Position numbers and translations under genes: made by a program. Source: an uncultured Spirochaetota bacterium (GTDB lineage Bacteria; Spirochaetota; Spirochaetia; SZUA-6; Fen-1364). From it: DNA of 64,000 nucleotides. This document shows, piece by piece, positions 20,309 to 29,763 of this stretch; the stretch's first letter is position 1, and every line of letters starts with the position of its first letter. The notes beneath the pieces were generated by a model. The model was not told the DNA's origin, made no database searches, and saw only the letters and a list, made by a program, of their open reading frames with translations. Location: the NCBI GenBank assembly GCA_963745235.1, contig CAVUXE010000054.1:98355-162354 (forward strand). Direction: 5' to 3'.

Positions 20309-21444
20309 TTCGTCGTACAGCATGGGTCGTGTCCCTCATTTTCGCCGCATGCGCGCTGGCTCTCCCGGCCGCGGCGGATGAGATGGTCACCGGCGTGGCT
20401 CGAGATGGCGCGCTGGACCTGAGCGGTCCCTGGCGCTGCAAAGCCGTGTCCCAGGTCGAGGATTCCCTTTTTGCTCCCGGCACGGACGACTCCGGGTGGC
20501 TGATTGCCCCGGCTCCGGCCCGATGGGCGGACCAGAAGGTCAACGCGGAGGGGGTGCCCGCGGTGGTGTACCGCCGAAACGTTATGGTTCCTGCGGACTG
20601 GCAGGGCAGGCAGATCGGCATCAGCGCATGGTTCTGCGGCCGGGATTCCCTGGTGTACGTCAACGGCCAGGAGGTGGATCCGGACGGCCCGCCGGACGCG
20701 CTCTACGCGGAGGTGAGCAATCTCCTGCTCTACGGACGGGAGAACCTCATTGGCGTCTCTACAACCGCGGACGGCATCCGCGAGCTGGCGGAATCCGGCC
20801 CTCCGCTTCTGGGTCCTCTGGGACAGAAGCGCCTGACGCGAGTCATTCGCACCGACGTGAGCATTGCAGCGCAGCCCCGGCCGCTGCCCGCGAGCCTTTT
20901 CATGCCGGAGGGCGGGAAGCAGCTGCCTCTGGTCGTGTTCGCGGCCACCGGTCACGCCGATTATTCCATCAAGGATGACTGGCGTCAGCTCAACGACGAC
21001 CTTGCGCGCCTTGGCTACGCCTCACTCTCCGTGGCATTCAACCGGTTCACGCCCCAGGAGTTCGATGCGGTCTTCACATATGCGGCGGGGTTGGACGGTG
21101 TGGACCATTCGCGCATGGCGACGGTGGGAGCCATGAAGGCGTCCCGGCCGGTGGTCCTGGCCGCCATCGGGAGCCCGGACGTGCGGACAGTCGTGCTGGT
21201 CTCAAGCGCCCGGGTCCCCGAGATTTCGGAGCTCGGCCGGCGTTCGGTACTTTTCATTTGCGGGGACAAGGAGGCCAGCGTCCCGGCGCTGTCCGCCGCC
21301 GGGGACATGGCGGCCGCGCTCACAGGCCCGCACGAAATAGCCGCGCTTGCCTCCACGGAGAGCGGCGTTGCCCTTCTGGACACGAGCTGGAATGGCCTGC
21401 GACACGCCCTTGTGGCATGGCTGGGAAAGTACTTGAAGGACTGA
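20305..21444 (+). CDS. Exported protein: galactose-binding-like jelly-roll domain fused to degenerate alpha/beta-hydrolase fold
   Basis: Signal peptide, then LDLSGPW...DDSGW...P..W...YRR..VPADWQG...VYVNGQEV...GRENLIGV (GH2 N-terminal-like), then PLVVF...LARLGYASL...GVDHSRMATVG. Confidence 0.65.
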   Translation: MIRRTAWVVSLIFAACALALPAAADEMVTGVARDGALDLSGPWRCKAVSQVEDSLFAPGTDDSGWLIAPAPARWADQKVNAEGVPAVVYRRNVMVPADWQGRQIGISAWFCGRDSLVYVNGQEVDPDGPPDALYAEVSNLLLYGRENLIGVSTTADGIRELAESGPPLLGPLGQKRLTRVIRTDVSIAAQPRPLPASLFMPEGGKQLPLVVFAATGHADYSIKDDWRQLNDDLARLGYASLSVAFNRFTPQEFDAVFTYAAGLDGVDHSRMATVGAMKASRPVVLAAIGSPDVRTVVLVSSARVPEISELGRRSVLFICGDKEASVPALSAAGDMAAALTGPHEIAALASTESGVALLDTSWNGLRHALVAWLGKYLKD

Positions 21445-21459
21445 ATGGCGCGCCTTTCC

Positions 21460-22933
21460 TCACGAACCAGATGACCGTGCCAGCGTGAATCGAAACCGGG
21501 TGCCGATGTTGACCCTGCTCATCACGGAGAGCGCGCTCCCGTGCATCTCCACGATCTGCCGCGCAATTGCAAGCCCCAGCCCTGCGCCTCCGCGAGACCG
21601 GTCCCTGCTCCTGTCCGCCCTGTAGAAACGATCAAAGATGTGGGGGAGGTCCTCGGGGTGGATGCCGCTTCCCGTGTCCGCGACGCTCACCTCCACCGAG
21701 TCGCCATGGGGCAAGAGGCCCACGCGCACCGAGCCCCCGGGCGGGGTGTAGCGCAGCGCGTTCTCGATCAGGTTGGTAAGCACCCGCTCGACAAGGCCGA
21801 TGTCTCCCGTGACAAGGGGAAGGTCCCCCGGACATTCCACGCTGAGGGACACCCCCGCGGCCTCCGCCCCGGGCTTCAGCTTCAGGACAGCGTCCTGGGC
21901 GAGCTCCGCCACCTGGAAAGCCTCCCGCTTCAGCTGGACTTGCCGTGTATCCAGCTTCACCAGCTCGAACAGCTCTTCCACGAGCCTCTGGAGGCTTGCG
22001 GTGTTCTTGAGGCTGATGTCCAGGAAATGCCGCCGCTCGGCCGGGGTGAGATGCTCGTCCTTGAGGAGGATGGTCTCCAGGTAGCCCTGGATGGAGGCAA
22101 GGGGGCTTCGGAGGTCGTGGGAGATGTTGGCAATCAGCTCTTTTCGCATGCGCTCGGCTTCGCGCAGCTTGTGCATGTCCGCTTCAATTGTGGCCGCCAT
22201 CTCGTTGAAGGATTTGCCCAGACCGGCAAGCTCGTCCCTGCCGCGAACGTCCACGCGCCGCCCGCGATCTCCCTTCTCGAAGGCGCGCACGGCCTCGCTC
22301 AGCGCCCGCAGCGGCCGCGTGAGGAGAAAGAACAGGGAGAGGCCGACGATGAGAGTTGACAGAAGCGCAAGGAGCAGGGCAATGACCCCGGTCCTGAGGA
22401 TGTAGCTCTGGCGAATCATCCTCAGTGTCGCATCGTAGTGCTCGCCGCCCAGGATGATGTAGACGTATCCCTGTGCGCTTCCCATCGCCAGGGGAGCGGC
22501 GGAGAAGGGCTTTGCCCGTCCCGTGCTTCGCGGGTCGTCACCGAGGGTGAGCTGCTGCTCCGCCGGAGTCAATGAACTTCTTCACCGGCCCCAGGTCCAC
22601 GGAGCTTCGCTCCACCCGGTCTGACGGGCCCGTGAAGTACGCAAGGATCTTTCCCTGCGAATCCAGGAGATAGATCTCCACCATCGGGTTCAGGACCATC
22701 ATGTAATGGATGGCGCCCCGCACGCGGTTTGCGTCGAACCCGCCGGCCACCATGGGTTGGATCTCCGCGGCAATGCTTCGCGCATACTCGCGGTTGAGGA
22801 CCTGCTCCACCTTGCTGAAGAGCTGGCGCGCGGAGTTGAAGGCAATAGTCACCCAGCCCGCGCCCAGGACGACAATGAGGAGCAGGAAGATCGTGGAGAT
22901 GCGGGCATAGAAGGACCGGAAGATCTGCCTCAT
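21460..22933 (-). CDS. HAMP-domain sensor histidine kinase (frameshift near 22560)
   Basis: TM and periplasmic part in ORF 22538-22978. HAMP, H-box ISHDLRSPL, NLIENALRYT, DTGSGI and GAGLGLAI in ORF 21460-22572. Confidence 0.9.
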
Positions 22934-23688
22934 CCGGAAAGCTCCGCGGGCTCCGCGAACCTGTACCCCACGCCCCACACGGTCTTCAGGTAGCGCGGCC
23001 GGCCGGGGTCCTCCTCGATCTTGCTTCGCAGGCGATTGATGTGAGAGTTGACCGTGTGGTCGTAGCCGTCGTACTGATAGCCCCAGACCAGGTTGAGCAG
23101 GTCCGTCCTGCTGTAGGTTCTTCCGGGGTTGCGCGCGAAAAGGGCCAGCAGATCGAACTCCTTCACCGTGAGCTCCACCGTCCGCTCGGCAAGCGTCACC
23201 TTTCTCTTCTCGAAATCTATGGAAAGCTCGCCCGCCCGCACGTGCCCGCTCACGGGTTTGCCCGCCGCCGCTTCCCGATCGGTCTCCACGCGGCGCAGAA
23301 GCGCCTTTACCCTGGCCATGAGCTCCCGCACGCTGAAGGGCTTGGTCATGTATTCGTCCGCGCCCAGCTCCAGGCCCAGGACCCTGTCCACCTCTTCTGA
23401 TTTCGCCGTCAGCATGAGGATGGGAGTATAGGGGTTTCTTTCCCGGATTCGCCGGCAGACTGACAGGCCGTCGATCTCGGGGAGCATCAGGTCAAGGATG
23501 ATCAGTGAATGCTGGCCGGAGAGCGCCTTTTGAAGTCCGGCCCGGCCATCGTTGGCGCGCTCGGTTCGAAACCCCAGGTCGCGCAGGTTCATGGCGACCA
23601 GCTCCGATATCTCGCGGTCGTCATCGATGATGAGGACCGCTCCCTGGCCTTGACCCTGGCGCCGCGCGCCGGGCGAGGAATCGTTCAT
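22930..23688 (-). CDS. OmpR/PhoB-family response regulator
   Basis: VLIIDDD, LDLMLPEIDG, GADEYMTKPF, TVNSHINRLRSKIE and TVWGVGY. Start at ATG 23688. Confidence 0.95.
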   Translation of the reverse strand: MNDSSPGARRQGQGQGAVLIIDDDREISELVAMNLRDLGFRTERANDGRAGLQKALSGQHSLIILDLMLPEIDGLSVCRRIRERNPYTPILMLTAKSEEVDRVLGLELGADEYMTKPFSVRELMARVKALLRRVETDREAAAGKPVSGHVRAGELSIDFEKRKVTLAERTVELTVKEFDLLALFARNPGRTYSRTDLLNLVWGYQYDGYDHTVNSHINRLRSKIEEDPGRPRYLKTVWGVGYRFAEPAELSG

Positions 23689-23751
23689 CCTTCGGCCTCC
23701 TCCACAAATGTATGAAAATGTTATACTCGCGGCCATGGAAGCAGCGCGCAC

Positions 23752-24780
23752 ATGAAAGCAGTCCGCATGGTTGCGGTGGGAAAGGCGCTTGAGATGTTCG
23801 ATGTCCCCATTCCCGCCGTCGGAGAAAAGGACGTCCTGGTGCGGGTGAAGGCGGCCGGCATCTGCCACTCGGATGCGCACTACCGGGCCGGCGTCTCCCC
23901 CGTTCGGCCGCTGCCCATGACGCTGGGGCACGAGATTGCCGGGGTGGTGGAAAAGGCCGGCTCCCGGGCAACGGGCGTGAAGCCGGGAGACCGCGTGGTG
24001 CTGCACTACAACGTCACTTGCGGGGACTGCTATTTCTGCAGCACGGGCAACGAGCAGTTCTGCCCCGCGGGGCTCATGCTCGGCCACTTCACTGACGGCG
24101 GATATGCCGAGTACGTGGCCGCTCCTGCCCGCAACGCGCTCCCGCTCCCCGCGGAGATACCCTTTGAGCAGGGGGCCACGCTCATGTGCGCCTCCGCAAC
24201 GTCCTTTCACGCTCTTCGCAAGGGAAGGCTCAGGGCAGGGGAGAAAGCCGTGGTGTTCGGAATCGGGGGGCTCGGGCTCTCCGCGGTCCAGCTGGCCAGG
24301 GCTTTCGGCGCGGTGGAAGTCTTCGCGGTGGACAGGGTCGAGGACAAGCTGGAGCTCGCGGCGCGCTATGGCGCTGTTCCCGTGAATGCCGCGCGGGTGG
24401 ATCCTGTCGAAGAGATCAAGCGGCGGACCGGTGGCCGCGGCGTCGATGTTGCCATAGAGGTGATTGGCCGGGCCGTGACCATGAAGCAGGGGCTGGATTG
24501 CCTCGGTCCCCTGGGCCGGGCGGTCATCGTTGGAATCGGTAATGAACCGCTTTCCGTGGACACCTACCGCGAGCTCCTGGGAAACGAGGCCGAGCTCATC
24601 GGCTCCAACGATCACCTGCTGCAGGAGCTTCCTCTCCTTCTGGAGATGGCCCGCAAGGGCATCCTGGACACCTCGCGCGTTGTGACGCGAACAATCCGGC
24701 TGGACGCGGCCGCCATCAACCGCGCGCTGGACGACCTCGAGAAGTACGAGGGCGGGCTGCGGACCGTTATCGTTCCGTAG
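23752..24780 (+). CDS. Zinc-dependent alcohol dehydrogenase (MDR family)
   Basis: GICHSD, GHEIAG, CGDCYFC..G...C and GIGGLG. Confidence 0.93.
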   Translation: MKAVRMVAVGKALEMFDVPIPAVGEKDVLVRVKAAGICHSDAHYRAGVSPVRPLPMTLGHEIAGVVEKAGSRATGVKPGDRVVLHYNVTCGDCYFCSTGNEQFCPAGLMLGHFTDGGYAEYVAAPARNALPLPAEIPFEQGATLMCASATSFHALRKGRLRAGEKAVVFGIGGLGLSAVQLARAFGAVEVFAVDRVEDKLELAARYGAVPVNAARVDPVEEIKRRTGGRGVDVAIEVIGRAVTMKQGLDCLGPLGRAVIVGIGNEPLSVDTYRELLGNEAELIGSNDHLLQELPLLLEMARKGILDTSRVVTRTIRLDAAAINRALDDLEKYEGGLRTVIVP

Positions 24781-25705
24781 GCTGCGTGACGCTGATCCGG
24801 TCCAGGTCCAGGATCAGCTCGCCCTTGTCGTCGGCGTGGAAGGCGGGAACGAAGCGCACGTCGCTGATGATCTCGTCCCAGCGGAACGATGTGCGGGCAT
24901 TCACCACCTGGCTGAAAGAGTCATCGAAGCCGGTGATGAGAACCAGGAGCTCGGCCGACCTTTCGGCAAGCTGCCCCAGGGAGAGCCCCTTCAGGGGACT
25001 CGAGTCGTCGATGGGATGGACAATGGTCCAGGTCAGGGGAAGGAAGTACACCATGGGCCGCTCCAGCTCCAGCCTCGTGTACCTGCGCTTCTGCTGCCCC
25101 CCCACCCATTCCACCGTCATCAGCAGCACCGTGGCCTCCAGGTTGACAATCGCGTTGGAGCGCCTGTTGGCGATGCGAAACTGGAGGCTCGTCCCTTCAC
25201 CGAACGGCGCGATGATTGCCCGATCACTGAAGAGGATCCTGGCCGACGGCCGGGAGAACCGCCCGTAGAGGAGCCCGGCAGCAAACGCGAAACCCATGAC
25301 TCCCAGCATGGCCTCGATGCTGGCAAGGGCATTCGTCGCGATCCCCTTCGGGGAGATTGTCCCGTACCCGACCGTGGTCAGGGTCTGAACGCTGAAGAAG
25401 AACGCGTTCAGCAGGGTTTCGATGCGTGTCGGGGCCTCCGCGCCGGCCAGGTTGCCGAGGCCGGTGGCGGCGTAGAGGCCGGCGAAAATGCCGTTGATGA
25501 AAATGAAGAGAGCCAGGACAAGGCCCATGAAGGCCGGCCATGACAGGGACAGGAGGAGCTGGTACACATGCAGGTCCTTCAGGCTCCAGCCCTTCCTGCG
25601 CACGTTGAAGGAACCGTCCCGATTGACGATCCTGCGGAGGTCACCCGTGTAGCTCTGCGTGATCCCCGGGTCGAATTGCTGCTGGTTCAAGGGCGCGCTG
25701 CTCAT
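24767..25705 (-). CDS. Inward-rectifier potassium channel (KirBac-like)
   Basis: FFFSVQTLTTVGYG selectivity filter, RFSRPSARILFS, FRIANRR and WTIVHPIDDSSPL. Confidence 0.93.
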   Translation of the reverse strand: MSSAPLNQQQFDPGITQSYTGDLRRIVNRDGSFNVRRKGWSLKDLHVYQLLLSLSWPAFMGLVLALFIFINGIFAGLYAATGLGNLAGAEAPTRIETLLNAFFFSVQTLTTVGYGTISPKGIATNALASIEAMLGVMGFAFAAGLLYGRFSRPSARILFSDRAIIAPFGEGTSLQFRIANRRSNAIVNLEATVLLMTVEWVGGQQKRRYTRLELERPMVYFLPLTWTIVHPIDDSSPLKGLSLGQLAERSAELLVLITGFDDSFSQVVNARTSFRWDEIISDVRFVPAFHADDKGELILDLDRISVTQPTER

Positions 25706-25711
25706 GGGGCC

Positions 25712-26482
25712 TCAGGGGCTGAGAGTGTAGATCACTCCGAAGGATGCGAGCCATCTGCTGTAGGTGACCTGGTAGGGAGGGTTGGGGGCGGCCAGCCATT
25801 CCTGGGAAGAGCTCCAGACCGTCGACTTGTACGAGGCGCCCAGCTCCAGCATGAGGTCCGGAGTCACGTGGTAGTGGATCCCGATCCACGGATAGCTTTC
25901 ATAGATGAGAGTGCTCCCGAAGTTGAGCGGGAAGTACGCTTCGTACGCCGCCAGGAAGTCCAGGAAGGGCTCCCGGTTGACGAGCCAGAAGAACGTGAGC
26001 TCGGGTCTCACCATGATGGACTGCTGGTTCTCGAAGGTGTTGTAGATGTAGCGGCTTTTCACCATGAGCACCCAGGAACGGCCGGGCAGGAAGTCCAGGA
26101 GGAAGCGCGGGCTCACATCCAGCATGAGCTCGTTCTCCATCCGTCCGCGGGTGTCCAGCCAGGACCAGGGAAGGGGAGTCGGGTTGGAGATCCAGTCATC
26201 GTCGTGGCGCACTCCCGCCTGGAGGCGGTAGAACCCGCCCACCTTCAGGTTTTTCAGGGGACGGTAATAGACCCCCAGCGTGAAGGCCCGGTACTGAAAC
26301 GAGGTGTCCGCGTCTTCGAGCCTGCCGGTGAGGTCCGCAAGAAAATCGAACCCGCCGGACTGGATGATGAGGGCGGTCCTGCCCTCGAGCTCCAGTATCC
26401 CGTTGGGTGCAACCGGGACGTTGTCCGCAAAGCCGCGCGCGGAAGCCGCGCACAGCAGGAGGAGAAAGAAGCGGCCTTTCAC
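25712..26482 (-). CDS. Putative outer-membrane beta-barrel protein
   Basis: GTG start overlaps the FecR stop. Signal peptide, alternating aromatic/hydrophobic beta strands, and C-terminal FGVIYTL. Confidence 0.6.
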   Translation of the reverse strand: MKGRFFLLLLCAASARGFADNVPVAPNGILELEGRTALIIQSGGFDFLADLTGRLEDADTSFQYRAFTLGVYYRPLKNLKVGGFYRLQAGVRHDDDWISNPTPLPWSWLDTRGRMENELMLDVSPRFLLDFLPGRSWVLMVKSRYIYNTFENQQSIMVRPELTFFWLVNREPFLDFLAAYEAYFPLNFGSTLIYESYPWIGIHYHVTPDLMLELGASYKSTVWSSSQEWLAAPNPPYQVTYSRWLASFGVIYTLSP

Positions 26483-27153
26483 TGGTAGTCGTGATTGAGC
26501 AGGTCGCTGTACGCCTGCTCCAGGCTGGTATGGTCCTCCACCTTGCCGCTTGCCGGGTCCATGTTCCAGTTCAGCCCACGGGTCCATTTGTAGCTGCGCG
26601 CGGGGGTCAGCGTCGACCCGGAGACGATGTTGATTCCCTTGCCGGCGGGGACCACCGTGTGCTGGTTTGTCGACGGAATGGACACCTCGACGGCTCCCGA
26701 GTTCACGCACAGCCAGATGTCACGCTGGCTGTCCGTGGTCTTTCCATAGGCGACGAAGAACTCCGTGCCGCGCGCGCCTGCGACAACGGTATCCGCGCGG
26801 ACCGAAAACGTGCCGGACAGCTTCTTCAGTATCCGGGTGAAGGCAGACCCGGCTGTCAGGGAGACCTGCGTGTCATCTCCGATTGCCTCGATGACAAGAC
26901 GGGTATCCTCCCTGAGCTTGACCTGCGTTGCGTTGGAAAGATCGATCACCGCAAAGCCATCCGCCCCCGTCGTCACGACATCACCCTCTGAGAGCCTGGT
27001 GCCTGGCGCGGCGTCCTGCTGGCTGCTGCCGCTTGCCACGGACACCGTTCCTTCCGTGTAGATCACCTGGCCGTCAAGCGCAAAGAGGGCAGCGGGAGCT
27101 GCCATTGCGGCAACCAGAAAGACTCCCAGAACATGACGGCGCACCGCGCCCAT
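26479..27153 (-). CDS. Exported FecR-domain protein
   Basis: Signal peptide, EGDVVTTG, VAGARGTEFFV and VNSGAVEV. RBS AAGGAGG. Confidence 0.82.
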   Translation of the reverse strand: MGAVRRHVLGVFLVAAMAAPAALFALDGQVIYTEGTVSVASGSSQQDAAPGTRLSEGDVVTTGADGFAVIDLSNATQVKLREDTRLVIEAIGDDTQVSLTAGSAFTRILKKLSGTFSVRADTVVAGARGTEFFVAYGKTTDSQRDIWLCVNSGAVEVSIPSTNQHTVVPAGKGINIVSGSTLTPARSYKWTRGLNWNMDPASGKVEDHTSLEQAYSDLLNHDYQ

Positions 27154-27338
27154 AGTCGCCTCCTTGTGTCTTGAATATACTTCCAGAACGCGGCGGAGCC
27201 ACTCTCCTCCGGGGCCGTGAAGCGGCTCGGGTCACGGACGTTACCGCTTGGCAAAGATTGATCAGCGGTTGCGGTCCATACGAAATGGCTTTGAGAGAAA
27301 ATGGACGATGACCGCAGGCGAGGGATGGTCCGGCGGCG

Positions 27339-28169
27339 TCACTCGGCGATGATCAGCTCGATCCCCATTGCACGGATCCTGTCCGCGACCTCCGGTGCAA
27401 TGCCTGTATCCGTGATGAGCTTCTGGGCGGCGCTCAAGGGCCCTATCAGGCCAATGCCGGTCTGGTTGAACTTCGATGAATCCGCAATGATGATGGTCTC
27501 CTTGGCGGCCTCAATCATCTTGCGCTTGATCGGCACAATGTGGAGGTTCGAGCTGAGAAGCCCCTCCTCCAGTGAGATTGCGTTGGCTGACGTGAAAAGC
27601 TGGTCCACGCGGATCCTGCTGAAGAACTGCTCCGCCGGCATCCCTATCAGATGTCTCGAGCTTACCTGCAGGATCCCGCCGGAGACGATGACGATGATGT
27701 TGGGGTTCTGGCTCAGGATCTCCGCGATTTCAAGCGAGTTGGTCAGGACGGTCAGCTTGCTGATCCCCTTCAGGTACAAGGCGAGCTGCCGCGTGGTGGT
27801 GCCCGCGTCAATGATCACCGTCCCTGAGGCACGGACCAGCGTGGCGGCCTTCCTCCCGATCTTCTCCTTCTCCGTGAGACCCTCGCGGGAGCGTGTTTCA
27901 TACGGCATGGACTGGTTGGAATCCACGAACACCGCTCCGCCGTGAGTCCTCCTGAGGAGACCCTGCTTCTCCAGGTTTGCGAGGTCCCGGCGGATCGTGT
28001 TGGTGGACACGTTGAGGCTCTTGCTCAGCTCCCGGATCATGACCGTGTTCTTCTGCTTGACGAGATTGTGGATGTGCAGGTACCGCTCCACCTGCAGCTT
28101 CTTCTCTGCCGGGGCGGCGTCGGAGTCAGAGGCCGCTTCCCTGTCCGCCTGATCCCAATCTGCGCTCAT
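27339..28169 (-). CDS. DeoR/GlpR-family transcriptional regulator
   Basis: VSTNTIRRDL, RTHGGA, DAGTTT, TNSL and ADSSKF. Confidence 0.95.
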   Translation of the reverse strand: MSADWDQADREAASDSDAAPAEKKLQVERYLHIHNLVKQKNTVMIRELSKSLNVSTNTIRRDLANLEKQGLLRRTHGGAVFVDSNQSMPYETRSREGLTEKEKIGRKAATLVRASGTVIIDAGTTTRQLALYLKGISKLTVLTNSLEIAEILSQNPNIIVIVSGGILQVSSRHLIGMPAEQFFSRIRVDQLFTSANAISLEEGLLSSNLHIVPIKRKMIEAAKETIIIADSSKFNQTGIGLIGPLSAAQKLITDTGIAPEVADRIRAMGIELIIAE

Positions 28170-28178
28170 TCTGTCCCG

Positions 28179-29531
28179 TCACGCCGTCCGCACGGTCACC
28201 GGTTGAATGCCCATGACATGGCACAGGTCTTTCAGGTCCTCAGTGATGTCCCCATAGGTCACCGTGAAATGATGGGGGAATCCCTGGTTGATGATGACGT
28301 CCATGAGCTGCGCTGCATTTTCCTTGAACGTCACATCCGCCACGGATCCCTTCATGGGAATGTCTTCCCCCGTCACGGTCCCGCTTGCAATCAACATCCG
28401 ACAGCTCTGGCCGACCACGTCCAGTCGGGACATGGTTATCGGCCCCGGCTTCAAGGAGAACTCGATCGTGACTCCGGTCTTCCGTGTATAGTGACGGCTC
28501 AGGCTGATCTTCGACGGGCTGGCGGCCATGCACGCAGGAGCCAGGCCGCAGTGCCACAAGCGGCCGCGGTTTCGCTCCGCGTCTATGGAGATCAGGTCCG
28601 AGATATATGGCGGCTGACCTCCGGATAACCACCGGTGGATGTACATCGTGGCGGCGCCGAGAACGTCCGCCTCACAGGCCGCCGTCACCCCTTCATTGGT
28701 CAGCACGGACAGGGCGGCGCAGGGCGTAATGCCCAGGTGCTCCCAGATCTCCGGCAGGCAGCGAACAGCCATCACATCCAGCTCGTTCTCCTGCGCGATG
28801 TCCTTCAGAGCCTGGTAGAGCTTTCCCATGGAGACGAGCTCTTCCGACGTCGGTCCGTCAACTGAATACTGGGACTCCCATTTCCGCGCGAGGTCCCGCG
28901 CGGCCCCTTCCGGGGCTTTCCTGGCGCGGGCAATCGCGTCAACAAGCTCAACGGTATGCACTTGAAATCCGATCTTCCTTCGGACGTACAGCTCGTCCAT
29001 GACGATGTCCTGGAAGCCCGCCGGTCTCCCGCCTATCAATCCGATGCGCATGGAGCGAAGCGCCCGCGCCAGGGCCAGCACCTCGAGATGTCGCCTCAGC
29101 GCCTGGTAGAAGCCCTCGTCTTTGACGCCGTGGTAGAAGAACTTGAATGCATAGCCCGATTTGTACAACGCGCTGGTGATGGCGTTTCCCCCCACCAGCG
29201 AGTTCAGGTGCAGGTAGTCTCCGAGGTCCGGCTCGGGCACCGTCCAGATGATCAAAGGCACTCCGAGCTGCTCCACCATGCGCAGGACGAGCTCCGCGGA
29301 GGCAAACGTTCCGCACAGGACCAGCACGGCGTCCACGTGCTGAGACTGAAAGGTCGCGATGACCGAGGCTGCCTGCTGCAGGTTCTCGATGACCCATTCC
29401 TGCGGCACCACCAGGTTTCGCGTCACGCCGGGAAGACGGCCCCGCGCCTCCTCCGCCATCCTGCTTGCCATGGCAAAATCGAATGCCTTCCTGGCCAGGC
29501 AGACAAAGCCCAGCCTCACGCTTTCTTGCAT
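28179..29531 (-). CDS. L-fucose/L-arabinose isomerase family protein
   Basis: AVRCLPE, ACEADVLG, LWHCG and GFPHHF motifs. Confidence 0.85.
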   Translation of the reverse strand: MQESVRLGFVCLARKAFDFAMASRMAEEARGRLPGVTRNLVVPQEWVIENLQQAASVIATFQSQHVDAVLVLCGTFASAELVLRMVEQLGVPLIIWTVPEPDLGDYLHLNSLVGGNAITSALYKSGYAFKFFYHGVKDEGFYQALRRHLEVLALARALRSMRIGLIGGRPAGFQDIVMDELYVRRKIGFQVHTVELVDAIARARKAPEGAARDLARKWESQYSVDGPTSEELVSMGKLYQALKDIAQENELDVMAVRCLPEIWEHLGITPCAALSVLTNEGVTAACEADVLGAATMYIHRWLSGGQPPYISDLISIDAERNRGRLWHCGLAPACMAASPSKISLSRHYTRKTGVTIEFSLKPGPITMSRLDVVGQSCRMLIASGTVTGEDIPMKGSVADVTFKENAAQLMDVIINQGFPHHFTVTYGDITEDLKDLCHVMGIQPVTVRTA

Positions 29532-29551
29532 GCTCCCCCCGCGTTGCCTGG

Positions 29552-29693
29552 ATACTATGGATATTGCGATGCTCTTGTCAAGATGTTTTATTGAACTTTA
29601 TGGAGACATATGTTCTATTTTGGAATTATCAATCCAAATATTACCAAAATTGATCAAATAATTCTTGACACCTGGTATCCATGACTGTAGTAT
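29552..29693. promoter_or_regulatory. Divergent sigma70 promoters with 10-bp-periodic direct repeats (candidate DeoR operator)
   Basis: Plus strand: TTGACA(29665)-17-TAGTAT(29688). Minus strand: TTGACA(29581)-18-TAGTAT(29557). Between them AATCCAAATA/TTACCAAAAT/TGATCAAATA (29631-29660). Confidence 0.7.
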
Positions 29694-29763
29694 CGCGGGT
29701 TGGAGGAGGTGCCAACCTTAAGGATCACACGTTCTTTCTTTTGCGCTGAAAGGAGACGAAGAA

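Noticed and set aside
22930-24615. 561-aa response regulator with long N-terminal extension (similar over-extensions at 42167-43855, 32628, 35052, 45388-46374, 52417-53460)
   Set aside because: The extensions overlap neighbouring genes; real starts are downstream at the conserved domain boundaries.
27160-27335. Structured RNA upstream of the FecR operon (TGCGGTC/GACCGCA inverted repeat)
   Set aside because: Only a loose hairpin with no match to riboswitch consensus sequences I can recognise.
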